Below are positions 1-8,044 of a stretch of 43,985 bases of DNA, in pieces; the first letter of the stretch is position 1; each line of letters starts with the position of its first letter. A model generated the notes under the pieces. The model saw only the letters and a list, made by a program, of their open reading frames with translations. It was not told where the DNA came from and ran no database searches. This DNA comes from Verrucomicrobiota bacterium (GTDB lineage Bacteria; Verrucomicrobiota; Verrucomicrobiia; Limisphaerales; JADLHS01): NCBI GenBank assembly GCA_035327385.1, contig DAOLDN010000001.1, forward strand, positions 1 through 43,985, in the 5' to 3' direction. A program made the position numbers and the translations under genes.

Positions 1-236
1 AAGGGAAAATCGTTTCCGGCGCGAACCGTGTCGTGTCCGACGGGCCATTTGTTGAATCCAAGGAAACCATTGGCGGCTACTTTTTGCTGACGGTGAACAC
101 GCTCGATGAAGCGGTCAGCATCGCGAAGGATTGCCCGGGCCTGCCCCACGGTGTGCGCGTGGAAGTGCGCCCCATCGCCCCTCAATGTCCGATGGTGGAC
201 GAACTCGCCGCCAATGAACAACTCGCCCACGCCTGA
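1..236 (+). CDS. YCII/DGPF-domain protein (5' end outside window)
   Basis: The frame is open from nt 3. The translation ...VVSDGPFVESKETIGGYFLLTVNTLDEAVSIAKDCP...VEVRPI resembles the YciI-like DGPF family. Stop TGA at 234-236. Confidence 0.6.
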   Translation, partial: GKIVSGANRVVSDGPFVESKETIGGYFLLTVNTLDEAVSIAKDCPGLPHGVRVEVRPIAPQCPMVDELAANEQLAHA

Positions 237-268
237 ACCAACTCCAACGCTCAACCAAACACCAAACT

Positions 269-631
269 ATGCCCACCTACGTTGACGGATTCGTCATTCC
301 CGTTCCCAAGAAGAAGCTCGCCGCCTACCTGCGCATGGCGAAAAAGGCCGGCAAGATCTGGAAGGAACACGGCGCGCTTGATTACAAGGAATGTGTCGGC
401 GACGATTTGAATGTGAAGTGCGGACTGCCGTTTCCGAAAGGCATCAAAGCGAAGCCCGGCGAGGCCATCGTGTTTTCCTACATCGTTTACAAGTCCCGCA
501 ATCATCGCGACAAAGTCAATGCCGCCATCATGAAAGACCCGCGCATCCACGAGATGTGCGATCCAAATGACATGCCTTTTGACGTGAAACGCATGCTCTA
601 CGGCGGCTTCAAGGCGGTGGTGGAAATCTGA
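269..631 (+). CDS. DUF1428 family protein
   Basis: 120 aa. MPTYVDGFVIPVPKKKLAAY...IVFSYIVYKSRNHRDKVNAAIMKDPR is typical of DUF1428 (YbaA-like) proteins. Confidence 0.8.
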   Translation: MPTYVDGFVIPVPKKKLAAYLRMAKKAGKIWKEHGALDYKECVGDDLNVKCGLPFPKGIKAKPGEAIVFSYIVYKSRNHRDKVNAAIMKDPRIHEMCDPNDMPFDVKRMLYGGFKAVVEI

Positions 632-771
632 ATGTCTGCGGTGAACTGGGCGGGCCATGAGCGCCTCCGCAACAACGGTGACAACGAACAACGCGGAGTT
701 CCATCGCCAGCCCGCCGGCCACACCATCCGGGATTGTCATGCCGTAAAGCCGACGTAGGACGACATCGAAG

Positions 772-1563
772 TCAGAAGTCGGGCGACAGACGGATTCGCG
801 ATTCGATACCTCCCTCTTTTCTCAATAGAACCGAGGGCTTGCCGGTTTCAGGGGCGGGCAGCAGTTCGTAGTAGTCTGTCCCCGTCAATTCCACGGTCTG
901 AGGCGTCATGCAACGGCAGATGAGCGTCGTCAAACCGCCGTCGGCCGCCAGATGCGCAATCGGGCCCATCGCCACCGGGCCATCCTCGATGACCCTCGCC
1001 ACAATCGTGTCAGGAGCGTTGTTGGTGGATTGTTCGACTGCAAACCTGCGACCGGGCAGGGGCGCGCCAAAATGATTCCGGGCGCGGGCTTCGGCCGATT
1101 CCGTCACGATGACGACGCGAGGGTGCGTCGAACCGTCCAACACCTCCCAGATCACGGCCCGATTGCGGGAATCGAGTGTTGCGCGCATGCCCAGCCATTG
1201 ATCGCGGTCCGGCCGGGATCTGTGAGTTTGCATTTCAGTTCGCAACCAAACAAAGGTCATCTGCGGGTGCGGTCGTCCGTTGATCGTGGTTTCGCCAGGC
1301 TCAAATAAAACGACGCGAGGGCCTGAATTGGTTTCCGTGGCGGTCATTTCACAGAGGAACAGCGGCGACAGCACGGCGGACAGATTTGTGCTGCCCGCCT
1401 CCTCGCGCGGTTTGAGCAGCAACGCGCTTTGAAACACGGTGTCGGCTAGATCGTAAGCGGCTTGGGCAATCGGAGCGGACGCGGACGGCGCGCGATGGTC
1501 GCAGCCCGAAAGCCACCCCACTGCGGCGACAAGCAAGACCAGAAACGGAGCGAGTCGTTTCAC
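772..1563 (-). CDS. hypothetical lipoprotein
   Basis: I place the start at GTG 1563-1561, which overlaps the TGA of the upstream epimerase gene (GTGA). The N-terminus VKRLAPFLVLLVAAVGWLSGC is a signal peptide with a lipobox Cys. No recognisable domain. Confidence 0.45.
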   Translation of the reverse strand: MKRLAPFLVLLVAAVGWLSGCDHRAPSASAPIAQAAYDLADTVFQSALLLKPREEAGSTNLSAVLSPLFLCEMTATETNSGPRVVLFEPGETTINGRPHPQMTFVWLRTEMQTHRSRPDRDQWLGMRATLDSRNRAVIWEVLDGSTHPRVVIVTESAEARARNHFGAPLPGRRFAVEQSTNNAPDTIVARVIEDGPVAMGPIAHLAADGGLTTLICRCMTPQTVELTGTDYYELLPAPETGKPSVLLRKEGGIESRIRLSPDF

Positions 1564-2567
1564 CGTTTCACGTAACCGTTTGCCCGGAACCAATCCACGG
1601 CGTCCTTTAACGCGACCTTGACCGGAGTTTGCGGCAGGCCGAGTTCGCCAATGGCTTTGGCGGAACTGAACCACATTTTGTGGCCGGCCATGCGCACTCC
1701 GGCCAGAGGGACTTTTGGTGGAATTCCAGTGAGCGACGAAAACGCTTCGTTGACGTAACCGGCCATCATCGCCAGCGCGTGAGGGAATTGCATTTTCGGA
1801 GCGGGCACTCCGCTGATTTCCGAAAGCGCGTCGAGCACGGCTTTCATCGTCCAGTTGCCTTCGGCGTTGCCGAGGATGTATCGCTGGCCGATGCGTCCCT
1901 TTTCCGCGGCGAGAATGTGCCCCACGGCCACGTCGCGCACGTGGACCCAGTTGAGGCCCGTGTCAATGTAGGCGGGCATCTTGCGATTCAGGAAGTCCAC
2001 GATCATCTGTCCGGTGGGCGTGGGTTTGACGTCGCGCGGGCCGACGGGCCCGCTGGGATTGACGATGACCAACGGCGCTCCGTTTCGCGCGAACTCCAGC
2101 GCCACCTGTTCCGCGCGCCATTTAGAGAGTTTGTAGGGATTCTTCATCTGCGCCTCGGACACGGGCGTGTCTTCGTCGGTGGGAGTGACGTGTCCGTTCA
2201 CCGGTTTCGGCAGCCCGATGCAACCGACGGTGCTGGTGTAAACGATTCGGGAACAACCCGCTCCAGTCGCCGCATCGAGTACGTTGCGCGTGCCTTGAAC
2301 GTTTGACTCGAACATCGGCTTGTAATCGCGCATCCAGAGGTGATAGACGGCGGCGACGTGGAAACACCAGTCGCAGCCGCGCATGGCTTCGGTCATGATC
2401 GCGGTGTCCGCGAGACCGCCTTCGACACGCGTGTGAGCGACACCCTCCAGCGCACGCAGATCGCTGCCGCGCCGCGCCAGCACCCTGACGCGATGCCTGC
2501 GGGCGACCAGCTCATGGACGAGATTTGAACCCACGAAACCCGTGGCACCTGTGACGAAACATTCCAT
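1560..2567 (-). CDS. NAD-dependent epimerase/dehydratase (SDR; HpnA / dihydroflavonol-reductase-like)
   Basis: Start trimmed to MECFVTGATGFVGSNLV, which puts the Rossmann GxxGxxG at the N-terminus. YxxxK is present (PYKLSK). The 84 extra N-terminal codons of the track ORF have no support. Confidence 0.85.
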   Translation of the reverse strand: MECFVTGATGFVGSNLVHELVARRHRVRVLARRGSDLRALEGVAHTRVEGGLADTAIMTEAMRGCDWCFHVAAVYHLWMRDYKPMFESNVQGTRNVLDAATGAGCSRIVYTSTVGCIGLPKPVNGHVTPTDEDTPVSEAQMKNPYKLSKWRAEQVALEFARNGAPLVIVNPSGPVGPRDVKPTPTGQMIVDFLNRKMPAYIDTGLNWVHVRDVAVGHILAAEKGRIGQRYILGNAEGNWTMKAVLDALSEISGVPAPKMQFPHALAMMAGYVNEAFSSLTGIPPKVPLAGVRMAGHKMWFSSAKAIGELGLPQTPVKVALKDAVDWFRANGYVKR

Positions 2568-2612
2568 AATGATTAACGCGTTCGCTCCAAGCCCAACACA
2601 AGGCCGGGGCGG

Positions 2613-3098
2613 ATGAAAGAAAAAATTGCCCCTGCTCCGCTTGACTTGAACCGCACCGTTCGCAAACATCCCATCAGTCGCATGCCGGCAAAAAATAACG
2701 CCAGAAAGAGCATCACCCGCCAGCAGCAGCGTGACCTTGATGTCAAAATCAAGTTCATGGAGGGCATCGTGCGCCGCGATCCCGAATACGTGGACGCACT
2801 GCAACTGCTTGGCGATCATTACACGCAGCGTGGACGCTTCTCGGAGGGTCTCGACGTGGACGAAAAACTGTCGCGTCTTGAGCCGGGTAACCCGCTGGTC
2901 TTTTACAACCTGGCGTGCAGTTATTCACTGACGAGCCAGTTCGAGAGCGCCGTGGAATCGTTGGAAAGGGCCTTGACGCTGGGTTACCGCGATTTCACAT
3001 GGATGGCAAAGGACCCCGACTTGAGCGCGTTGCGCAAACATCCGCTTTACCGCCGCATCCGGGCCAAGGTACGCTCGCTGAAAGTCCGCATCGGTTGA
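2613..3098 (+). CDS. TPR-repeat protein
   Basis: 161 aa. The stretch DPEYVDALQLLGDHYTQRGRFSEGL...PLVFYNLACSYSLTSQFESAVESLERAL is TPR-like. The start is uncertain; internal ATGs lie near 2682 and 2757. Confidence 0.6.
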   Translation: MKEKIAPAPLDLNRTVRKHPISRMPAKNNARKSITRQQQRDLDVKIKFMEGIVRRDPEYVDALQLLGDHYTQRGRFSEGLDVDEKLSRLEPGNPLVFYNLACSYSLTSQFESAVESLERALTLGYRDFTWMAKDPDLSALRKHPLYRRIRAKVRSLKVRIG

Positions 3099-3149
3099 GG
3101 CCACTGACAACGCGCGGCCACGCATCGGCCGCCGTCCCGGATTTCTGAA

Positions 3150-4304
3150 ATGAAGGTCACCGTCGGCAATCGCACCCGGCATTTTCGCACAGTCACGTTC
3201 GACACGGCGAAGAATTCCGTGCAGCTCATCGAGCAACGTCTTTTGCCGCATGAATTCAAAATCGTCGCCACTCGCGATTATCGGGAAACCGCCCGCGCCA
3301 TCACGGACATGATTGTTCGTGGAGCGGGCGCGACCGGTGCGACGGCAGCCTACGGTCTGGCGCAGGGAGCGCGCGCATTTCGTGGACGCGACCTTGCGAG
3401 GTTCGGGAAACATCTCACGCTTGTATATCAAACACTGAAGACCGCGCGCCCGACGGCGGTGGACCCGGTCAATGCGATGGACCAGGTGCGGGCCGCAATG
3501 AGCGCCGGCAAATCCGTGGACGATCAACAATCGCTCGCTCTGGCCGCGGCGGAAGACTTCGCAAACGAAGATGTGCGGCACTGCGAAGCCATCGGTCGGC
3601 ATGGAGCCGATCTCATCCACAACGGCATGCGCGTTCTCACGCACTGCAACGCGGGCTGGCTGGCGTTTGTGGACGTCGGCTCGGCTACCGCTCCGTTGTA
3701 TGCGGCGCAGGCGCAGGGAAAGAAATTCCACGTTTTCTGCGATGAAACACGTCCGCGTTCGCAGGGTGCAACGCTCACGGCCTGGGAACTGGCGCAACAG
3801 GGCGTTTCGCATCAGATCATTGCGGACAACGCCGCAGGACATTTGATGCAGCGCGGCGAGATTGATCTCGTCATCGTCGGCAGCGACCGCACGCTGGGTC
3901 GCACGGGTGAAGTGACGAACAAGATCGGCACTTACACCAAGGCAGTCCTGGCGAAGCGGCATGGGATCCCATTTTACGTGGCCATCCCGCTTTCGACGAT
4001 TGACTGGAAATTGAAATCCGGCTTCGACATTCCCATCGAGGAACGGCACGAACATGAAGTGCTGGGGGCGTGGGGAATGATTTCAAATCCGCAATCCGGA
4101 GTTCAAGATCTGAAATCCGCACAGCGTGCCTATGTTCGGGTGGCCAATCCCGGCAGTGGAGCGAGGAATCCGGGCTTTGACGTGACGCCGCCGGAACTGA
4201 TCACCGGCATCATCACTCCCGAAGGCGTGTTTAAACCTAATCAACTGTGGCCAAGCAGGATGAAGCTTGGCTTTGCGGGTCGTAACCGGATTGTTTCCAG
4301 ATAG
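3150..4304 (+). CDS. mtnA: S-methyl-5-thioribose-1-phosphate isomerase (eIF-2B alpha/beta/delta family)
   Basis: Matching stretches are LIEQRLLPHEF, AITDMIVRGAGATGATAAYGLA, GSDRTLGRTGEVTNKIGTYTKAVLAKRHGIPFYVA and NPGFDVTPPELITGIITPEGV. Confidence 0.85.
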   Translation: MKVTVGNRTRHFRTVTFDTAKNSVQLIEQRLLPHEFKIVATRDYRETARAITDMIVRGAGATGATAAYGLAQGARAFRGRDLARFGKHLTLVYQTLKTARPTAVDPVNAMDQVRAAMSAGKSVDDQQSLALAAAEDFANEDVRHCEAIGRHGADLIHNGMRVLTHCNAGWLAFVDVGSATAPLYAAQAQGKKFHVFCDETRPRSQGATLTAWELAQQGVSHQIIADNAAGHLMQRGEIDLVIVGSDRTLGRTGEVTNKIGTYTKAVLAKRHGIPFYVAIPLSTIDWKLKSGFDIPIEERHEHEVLGAWGMISNPQSGVQDLKSAQRAYVRVANPGSGARNPGFDVTPPELITGIITPEGVFKPNQLWPSRMKLGFAGRNRIVSR

Positions 4305-4489
4305 ATTTTGACATTGAAGGCAAAGTCGTGTCTTTTACCCGCGTTAAAAGATGAACAACGTGTTCAACAAAATGCAGAAGCTGGTCGCCGTTTATGGTCG
4401 CACGACCATTTGGCAGCGTTCCTGCCTGCATTTGGCAATCGCGGTTGCGAGACAGGAGAGGTGAAGATACGACCAGATTTCTCAAAAAA

Positions 4490-4520
4490 CCCGCGATTGC
4501 CAGTCAATCGCGGGTTTTTT
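4490..4520 (+). terminator. rho-independent terminator (possibly bidirectional)
   Basis: Perfect 10-bp stem CCCGCGATTG / CAATCGCGGG with a 5-nt loop, followed by T6. An A6 run lies upstream. Confidence 0.85.
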
Positions 4521-4570
4521 GTTGAATAACCGCTCCCGACGAGTGTCGGAAGCTCAAAAGAAAGAGAAAA

Positions 4571-4894
4571 ATGAACTTGGAATACAGACGAGTGCCGACT
4601 CGATTCGGCCCTGAGACGCGGTTCGAGGTCAGGCCGTTCCGCGCGGTCCAGGAAACGGAATTGGAACGGCTCAAAAACCGGCTCTTGCAGCAAAGACTCG
4701 GAACGACAACCGCGCCTGAACTCAACGCGCGATTGCGTCGCGCGGCCAACGAAGCCGCCGCGCTGGCTTGGATCACGCCGTTTCCGTTGCTGATGTTTCC
4801 GGCGTTGTTCGAGGAAATCGCGCAAACTGCTCGCGTTCAAGCGGCACGCCAGTTCCGCATCCGCGAGCGCAGCCGGGAGTTGCTCGCCGCATGA
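4571..4894 (+). CDS. hypothetical protein (107 aa)
   Basis: ORF preceded by a purine-rich AAAGAAAGAGAAAA. It shares an identical 17-mer (4784-4800, encoding PLLMFP) with a short ORF at 27625-27738, suggesting a small multi-copy family. Confidence 0.45.
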   Translation: MNLEYRRVPTRFGPETRFEVRPFRAVQETELERLKNRLLQQRLGTTTAPELNARLRRAANEAAALAWITPFPLLMFPALFEEIAQTARVQAARQFRIRERSRELLAA

Positions 4895-5259
4895 AAACAC
4901 CAGCCTTTGAAGTGGGGATTGGGCGCGCGGGGAGTCGTTGTCGCAGTCGCAAGGCCATGTTCTGCGATTCCGACAACGGCTCCTCGTCGCGCCGTTTTGG
5001 TTGCGACCGGCACGGATTGATCTGAACGAAGGGCGCAAACGCGACCCGGATTGTGCGCGAGCGCAGACCGGTTCGCGCCGCCCTCGTTCAGATGACAATG
5101 GGTTGCCTCCCTTCGCCGCTAAACCTGCCAATCGCACCGCAAACATTACGCCAATCCTTTGCTTTACCCGACTTTGTGAAATAAATCACGAAACCTGCTT
5201 GCCCGGCTGCGGCACGCTGTTTAACCTAGAGCAGCGTCAAAACCTGACGCACGATTCCC

Positions 5260-5787
5260 ATGAGTCAGACCACGGAATTCGGCTATGATTCGCGAATTGA
5301 GGGCGATGTCATCCACACCACGGTGGATGCGGCCATCAATTGGTTTCGCAAGAATTCCATCTGGCCGATGCCGATGGGTCTGGCGTGCTGCGCCATTGAA
5401 TTGATGGCCACGGGGGCAAGTCGCTTCGATATTTCCCGGTTCGGCATGGAGGTCATGCGGTTTTCCCCTCGCCAATCGGACGTGATGATCGTGGCGGGCA
5501 CGGTGACTTACAAAATGGCCATGTCGGTGAAACGCATTTACGACCAGATGGCCGAGCCGAAATGGGTCATCGCCATGGGCGCGTGCGCTTCGACGGGCGG
5601 CATGTATCGCAGTTACGCGGTTTTGCAGGGCGTGGACAACATTTTGCCGGTGGACGTTTATGTGGCGGGTTGTCCACCCCGGCCCGAAGCGTTGCTCGAC
5701 GCGCTGATTAAACTTCAAAACAAGGTTCAATGTGAGCCGTTGCTGGCCACTTTGAAGAAACCCGGCCCGGCGCTGGCCAAGGCTTAA
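5260..5787 (+). CDS. nuoB: NADH-quinone oxidoreductase subunit B
   Basis: Matching stretches are [25 protein letters not shown] and [12 protein letters not shown] (N2 cluster cysteines). Confidence 0.95.
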   Translation: MSQTTEFGYDSRIEGDVIHTTVDAAINWFRKNSIWPMPMGLACCAIELMATGASRFDISRFGMEVMRFSPRQSDVMIVAGTVTYKMAMSVKRIYDQMAEPKWVIAMGACASTGGMYRSYAVLQGVDNILPVDVYVAGCPPRPEALLDALIKLQNKVQCEPLLATLKKPGPALAKA

Positions 5788-5928
5788 ATGAAATTCCAAG
5801 CTCCAAGCTCCAAGCTCCAGAGAAATTCCAAGCCCCAAGCCCCAAGAGCGTGCGGAGTTGATCGGAATTTGAATTTTGGTGCTTCTCTGGTGCTTGGATG
5901 TTGGTCCTTGGAGCTTCCCTTGCCGTGA
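5788..5928 (+). repeat. family A heptamer palindrome, copy 1 (contains a 46-codon bridging ORF)
   Basis: (CCAAGCT)3 and (CCAAGCC)2 on the left, complementary TTGG-type heptamers on the right, with an inverted core CCAGAGAA / TTCTCTGG. ATG 5788 directly follows the nuoB TAA. The TGA at 5926-5928 overlaps GTG 5925. Confidence 0.85.
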
Positions 5929-6599
5929 ACACTATAGATCTCGCCAAACAACTCAAAGCCAAGTTCGGAGATTTGATCTCTGAACCGACGGAGTTTCGCG
6001 GCGAACCATCGGTGAAAGTCGCTGATGCTGAGAGAATTGTTGAAGTCGCTGCCTTTGCCAAAAAAGAACTGGGTTTCGACTACCTCGTGGACGTTTCCAG
6101 CTTGGATAATTACGGCGAAGATCCCCGCTGGACGGTGGTTTATCACCTCTACGGAATCGCCTCGAAACAGTATCTCCGCATCTCCGTTACCGTTAATGAA
6201 GAGAAATCCGAGCTTCCAACGGTCACAACGGTGTGGCGGACGGCGGATTGGCATGAGCGCGAGATTTACGACATGATGGGCATCCGCTTTCGCGGTCATC
6301 CCGATTTACGCCGCATTCTGATGTGGGAAGGCTATCCCTATTTCCCTCTGCGCAAAGACTTTCCGTTGGCTGGCAAGCCGAGCGATATGCCCGAAGTGGC
6401 GTTTTCGAAGCCTGCTCCGATGGAGGGGGGGCCATTTGTGACGATTGCGGGTGGCAATGATTCCATTGCCCGTGAGCCGCGGGTGAGAATTCCTGGGACT
6501 GATTCCATTGAATTCAACAATCGCGTCGAAGCGCGCTCTGACAACAAGGAAACCCGCGGTCAGGCGTTTGGTCCCGGCCCAATTGAACCGAAGAAGTAA
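5925..6599 (+). CDS. nuoC: NADH-quinone oxidoreductase subunit C
   Basis: WHEREIYDMMGIRFRGHPDLRRILMWEGYPYFPLRKDFP. I place the start at GTG 5925 (VNTIDLAKQLKAKFG). The alternative ATG 5898 lies inside the repeat. Confidence 0.88.
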   Translation: MNTIDLAKQLKAKFGDLISEPTEFRGEPSVKVADAERIVEVAAFAKKELGFDYLVDVSSLDNYGEDPRWTVVYHLYGIASKQYLRISVTVNEEKSELPTVTTVWRTADWHEREIYDMMGIRFRGHPDLRRILMWEGYPYFPLRKDFPLAGKPSDMPEVAFSKPAPMEGGPFVTIAGGNDSIAREPRVRIPGTDSIEFNNRVEARSDNKETRGQAFGPGPIEPKK

Positions 6600-7894
6600 T
6601 GCCTGAAGTTCACGACATTGAGATTCGCGATTCTGCCGCCCGTGCTGCGGTGGCGGCTAAATCATTGCCGCATCCCATAGAAGAAGATTTGCAGGACATG
6701 CAGGGGGAAAAGATGGTCCTCAACATGGGGCCGTCGCACCCGTCCACGCATGGCGTGTTGCGCATCATTCTGGAATTGGATGGCGAAATCATCACCAAGG
6801 CGATTCCGGACGTGGGTTATTTACATCGTGGCGACGAGAAAATCGCCGAGAACATGACTTACACCCAGTTCATCCCTTACACGGATCGGCTGGATTATCT
6901 CGCGCCGCTGGCGAACAACGTCGCCTACGCGCTCGCGGTGGAAAAACTTCTCGGCATTCACGACAAACTTCCACCCCGCTGCCAATACATCCGCGTGATT
7001 TGCTGCGAGCTGGCGCGCATTTCGTCGCACTTGCTCGGCGTCGGCTGCTTCGCGATGGACGTCGGCGCGATGACGGTGTTCCTGCTTACGTTCACCGAGC
7101 GGGAAAAGATTTACAACCTCGCCGAGGCCCTCAGCGGCGCACGGTTCACGACGAGTTACACACGCATCGGCGGCGTTTCCCGTGACACGCCGCCCGGTTG
7201 GTGTGCAGCGGTACGCAAGTTCATCAACGAAGTCCTCGTCAACATTGACGAAGTCGAGACGCTGCTTACGCGCAACAAAATCTGGGTGGACCGCACGAAG
7301 GACGTGGGCGTCATCTCCAAGGCGGACGCGATTGACTTCGGACTCAGCGGTCCGAATCTCCGCGGCAGCGGCGTGAATTACGATTTGCGCAAAGATCAGC
7401 CGTATCTTTGCTACCAGGATTTGCAGTTCGATGTGCCGCTCGGCGAAGTCGGCGATTGCTACGATCGCTATCTCGTCCGCATGGAAGAGATGCGCCAGAG
7501 CGTGCGCCTCATCCATCAGTGTCTCGACAAAATTCCCGGCGGTTTCGACAACGCATCAAAAGAACCGGTCAATGTGGCCGATGGCAAAATCGTTTTGCCA
7601 CCGAAAAACAAAGTCATGTCGAGCATGGAGGAATTGATTCATCAATTCATGCTCGTGACGCAGGGTGTGAATTGTCCGCCCGGCGAAGTTTATTTTGGCC
7701 ACGAAAATCCGAAGGGTGAACTCGGCTTTTACATCAACAGCCGGGGCGGTGGCACGCCGTATCGGATGAAGATCCGCAGCCCCAGCTTCGTGAATCTGAG
7801 CATCCTGTCGCATCTGTTGCCCGGCCACATGATGAGCGACACGGTTTCGATCCTGGGCTCGTTCGACTTTGTGATGGGAGAATGTGACCGATGA
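6599..7894 (+). CDS. nuoD: NADH-quinone oxidoreductase subunit D
   Basis: MVLNMGPSHPSTHGVLRI...GECDR C-terminus. The ATG overlaps the nuoC TAA by 1 nt (TAATG). Confidence 0.95.
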   Translation: MPEVHDIEIRDSAARAAVAAKSLPHPIEEDLQDMQGEKMVLNMGPSHPSTHGVLRIILELDGEIITKAIPDVGYLHRGDEKIAENMTYTQFIPYTDRLDYLAPLANNVAYALAVEKLLGIHDKLPPRCQYIRVICCELARISSHLLGVGCFAMDVGAMTVFLLTFTEREKIYNLAEALSGARFTTSYTRIGGVSRDTPPGWCAAVRKFINEVLVNIDEVETLLTRNKIWVDRTKDVGVISKADAIDFGLSGPNLRGSGVNYDLRKDQPYLCYQDLQFDVPLGEVGDCYDRYLVRMEEMRQSVRLIHQCLDKIPGGFDNASKEPVNVADGKIVLPPKNKVMSSMEELIHQFMLVTQGVNCPPGEVYFGHENPKGELGFYINSRGGGTPYRMKIRSPSFVNLSILSHLLPGHMMSDTVSILGSFDFVMGECDR

Positions 7895-8044
7895 ACTTTG
7901 CCGCAAAAGAACGCAGAGAACACAAAGGAGCGCGGGTCTGTGACCCGCAGCGGCCCGCTTTGTATTTGAACGTGCTGCGGCTCACAGAGCCGCGCTCCGC
8001 AGAGGTTTTTTGTGCTCTTTGTGTTCTTTCGTGGCTAACATAAA
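7895..8044 (+). repeat. composite element: family B arms enclosing a 72-nt family F palindrome
   Basis: Left arm ACTTTGCCGCAAAAGAACGCAGAGAACACAAAGG (7895-7928). Right arm TTTTGTGCTCTTTGTGTTCTTTCGTGGCTAACA (8007-8040). The inner palindrome 7927-7998 has 25-nt arms GGAGCGCGGGTCTGTGACCCGCAGC / GCTGCGGCTCACAGAGCCGCGCTCC. A 50-codon ORF 7891-8043 bridges the nuoD stop to the nuoE start. Confidence 0.8.

Noticed and set aside
632-871. 79-aa + strand ORF after the DUF1428 gene.
   Set aside because: It overlaps the 3' end of the minus-strand lipoprotein gene, has Arg/Ser/Gly-rich composition and lacks an RBS. It is likely spurious.
4308-4529. 73-aa track ORF downstream of mtnA.
   Set aside because: It has a non-ATG start, runs through the terminator hairpin, and has no family resemblance. 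The shorter 37-codon ATG ORF or an RNA is more plausible and is reported as a low-interest finding.
4895-5259. A hidden nuoA in the gap upstream of nuoB.
   Set aside because: No frame on the + strand gives a hydrophobic ~120-aa ORF. The translations are Arg/Ser/Gly-rich and interrupted by stops.
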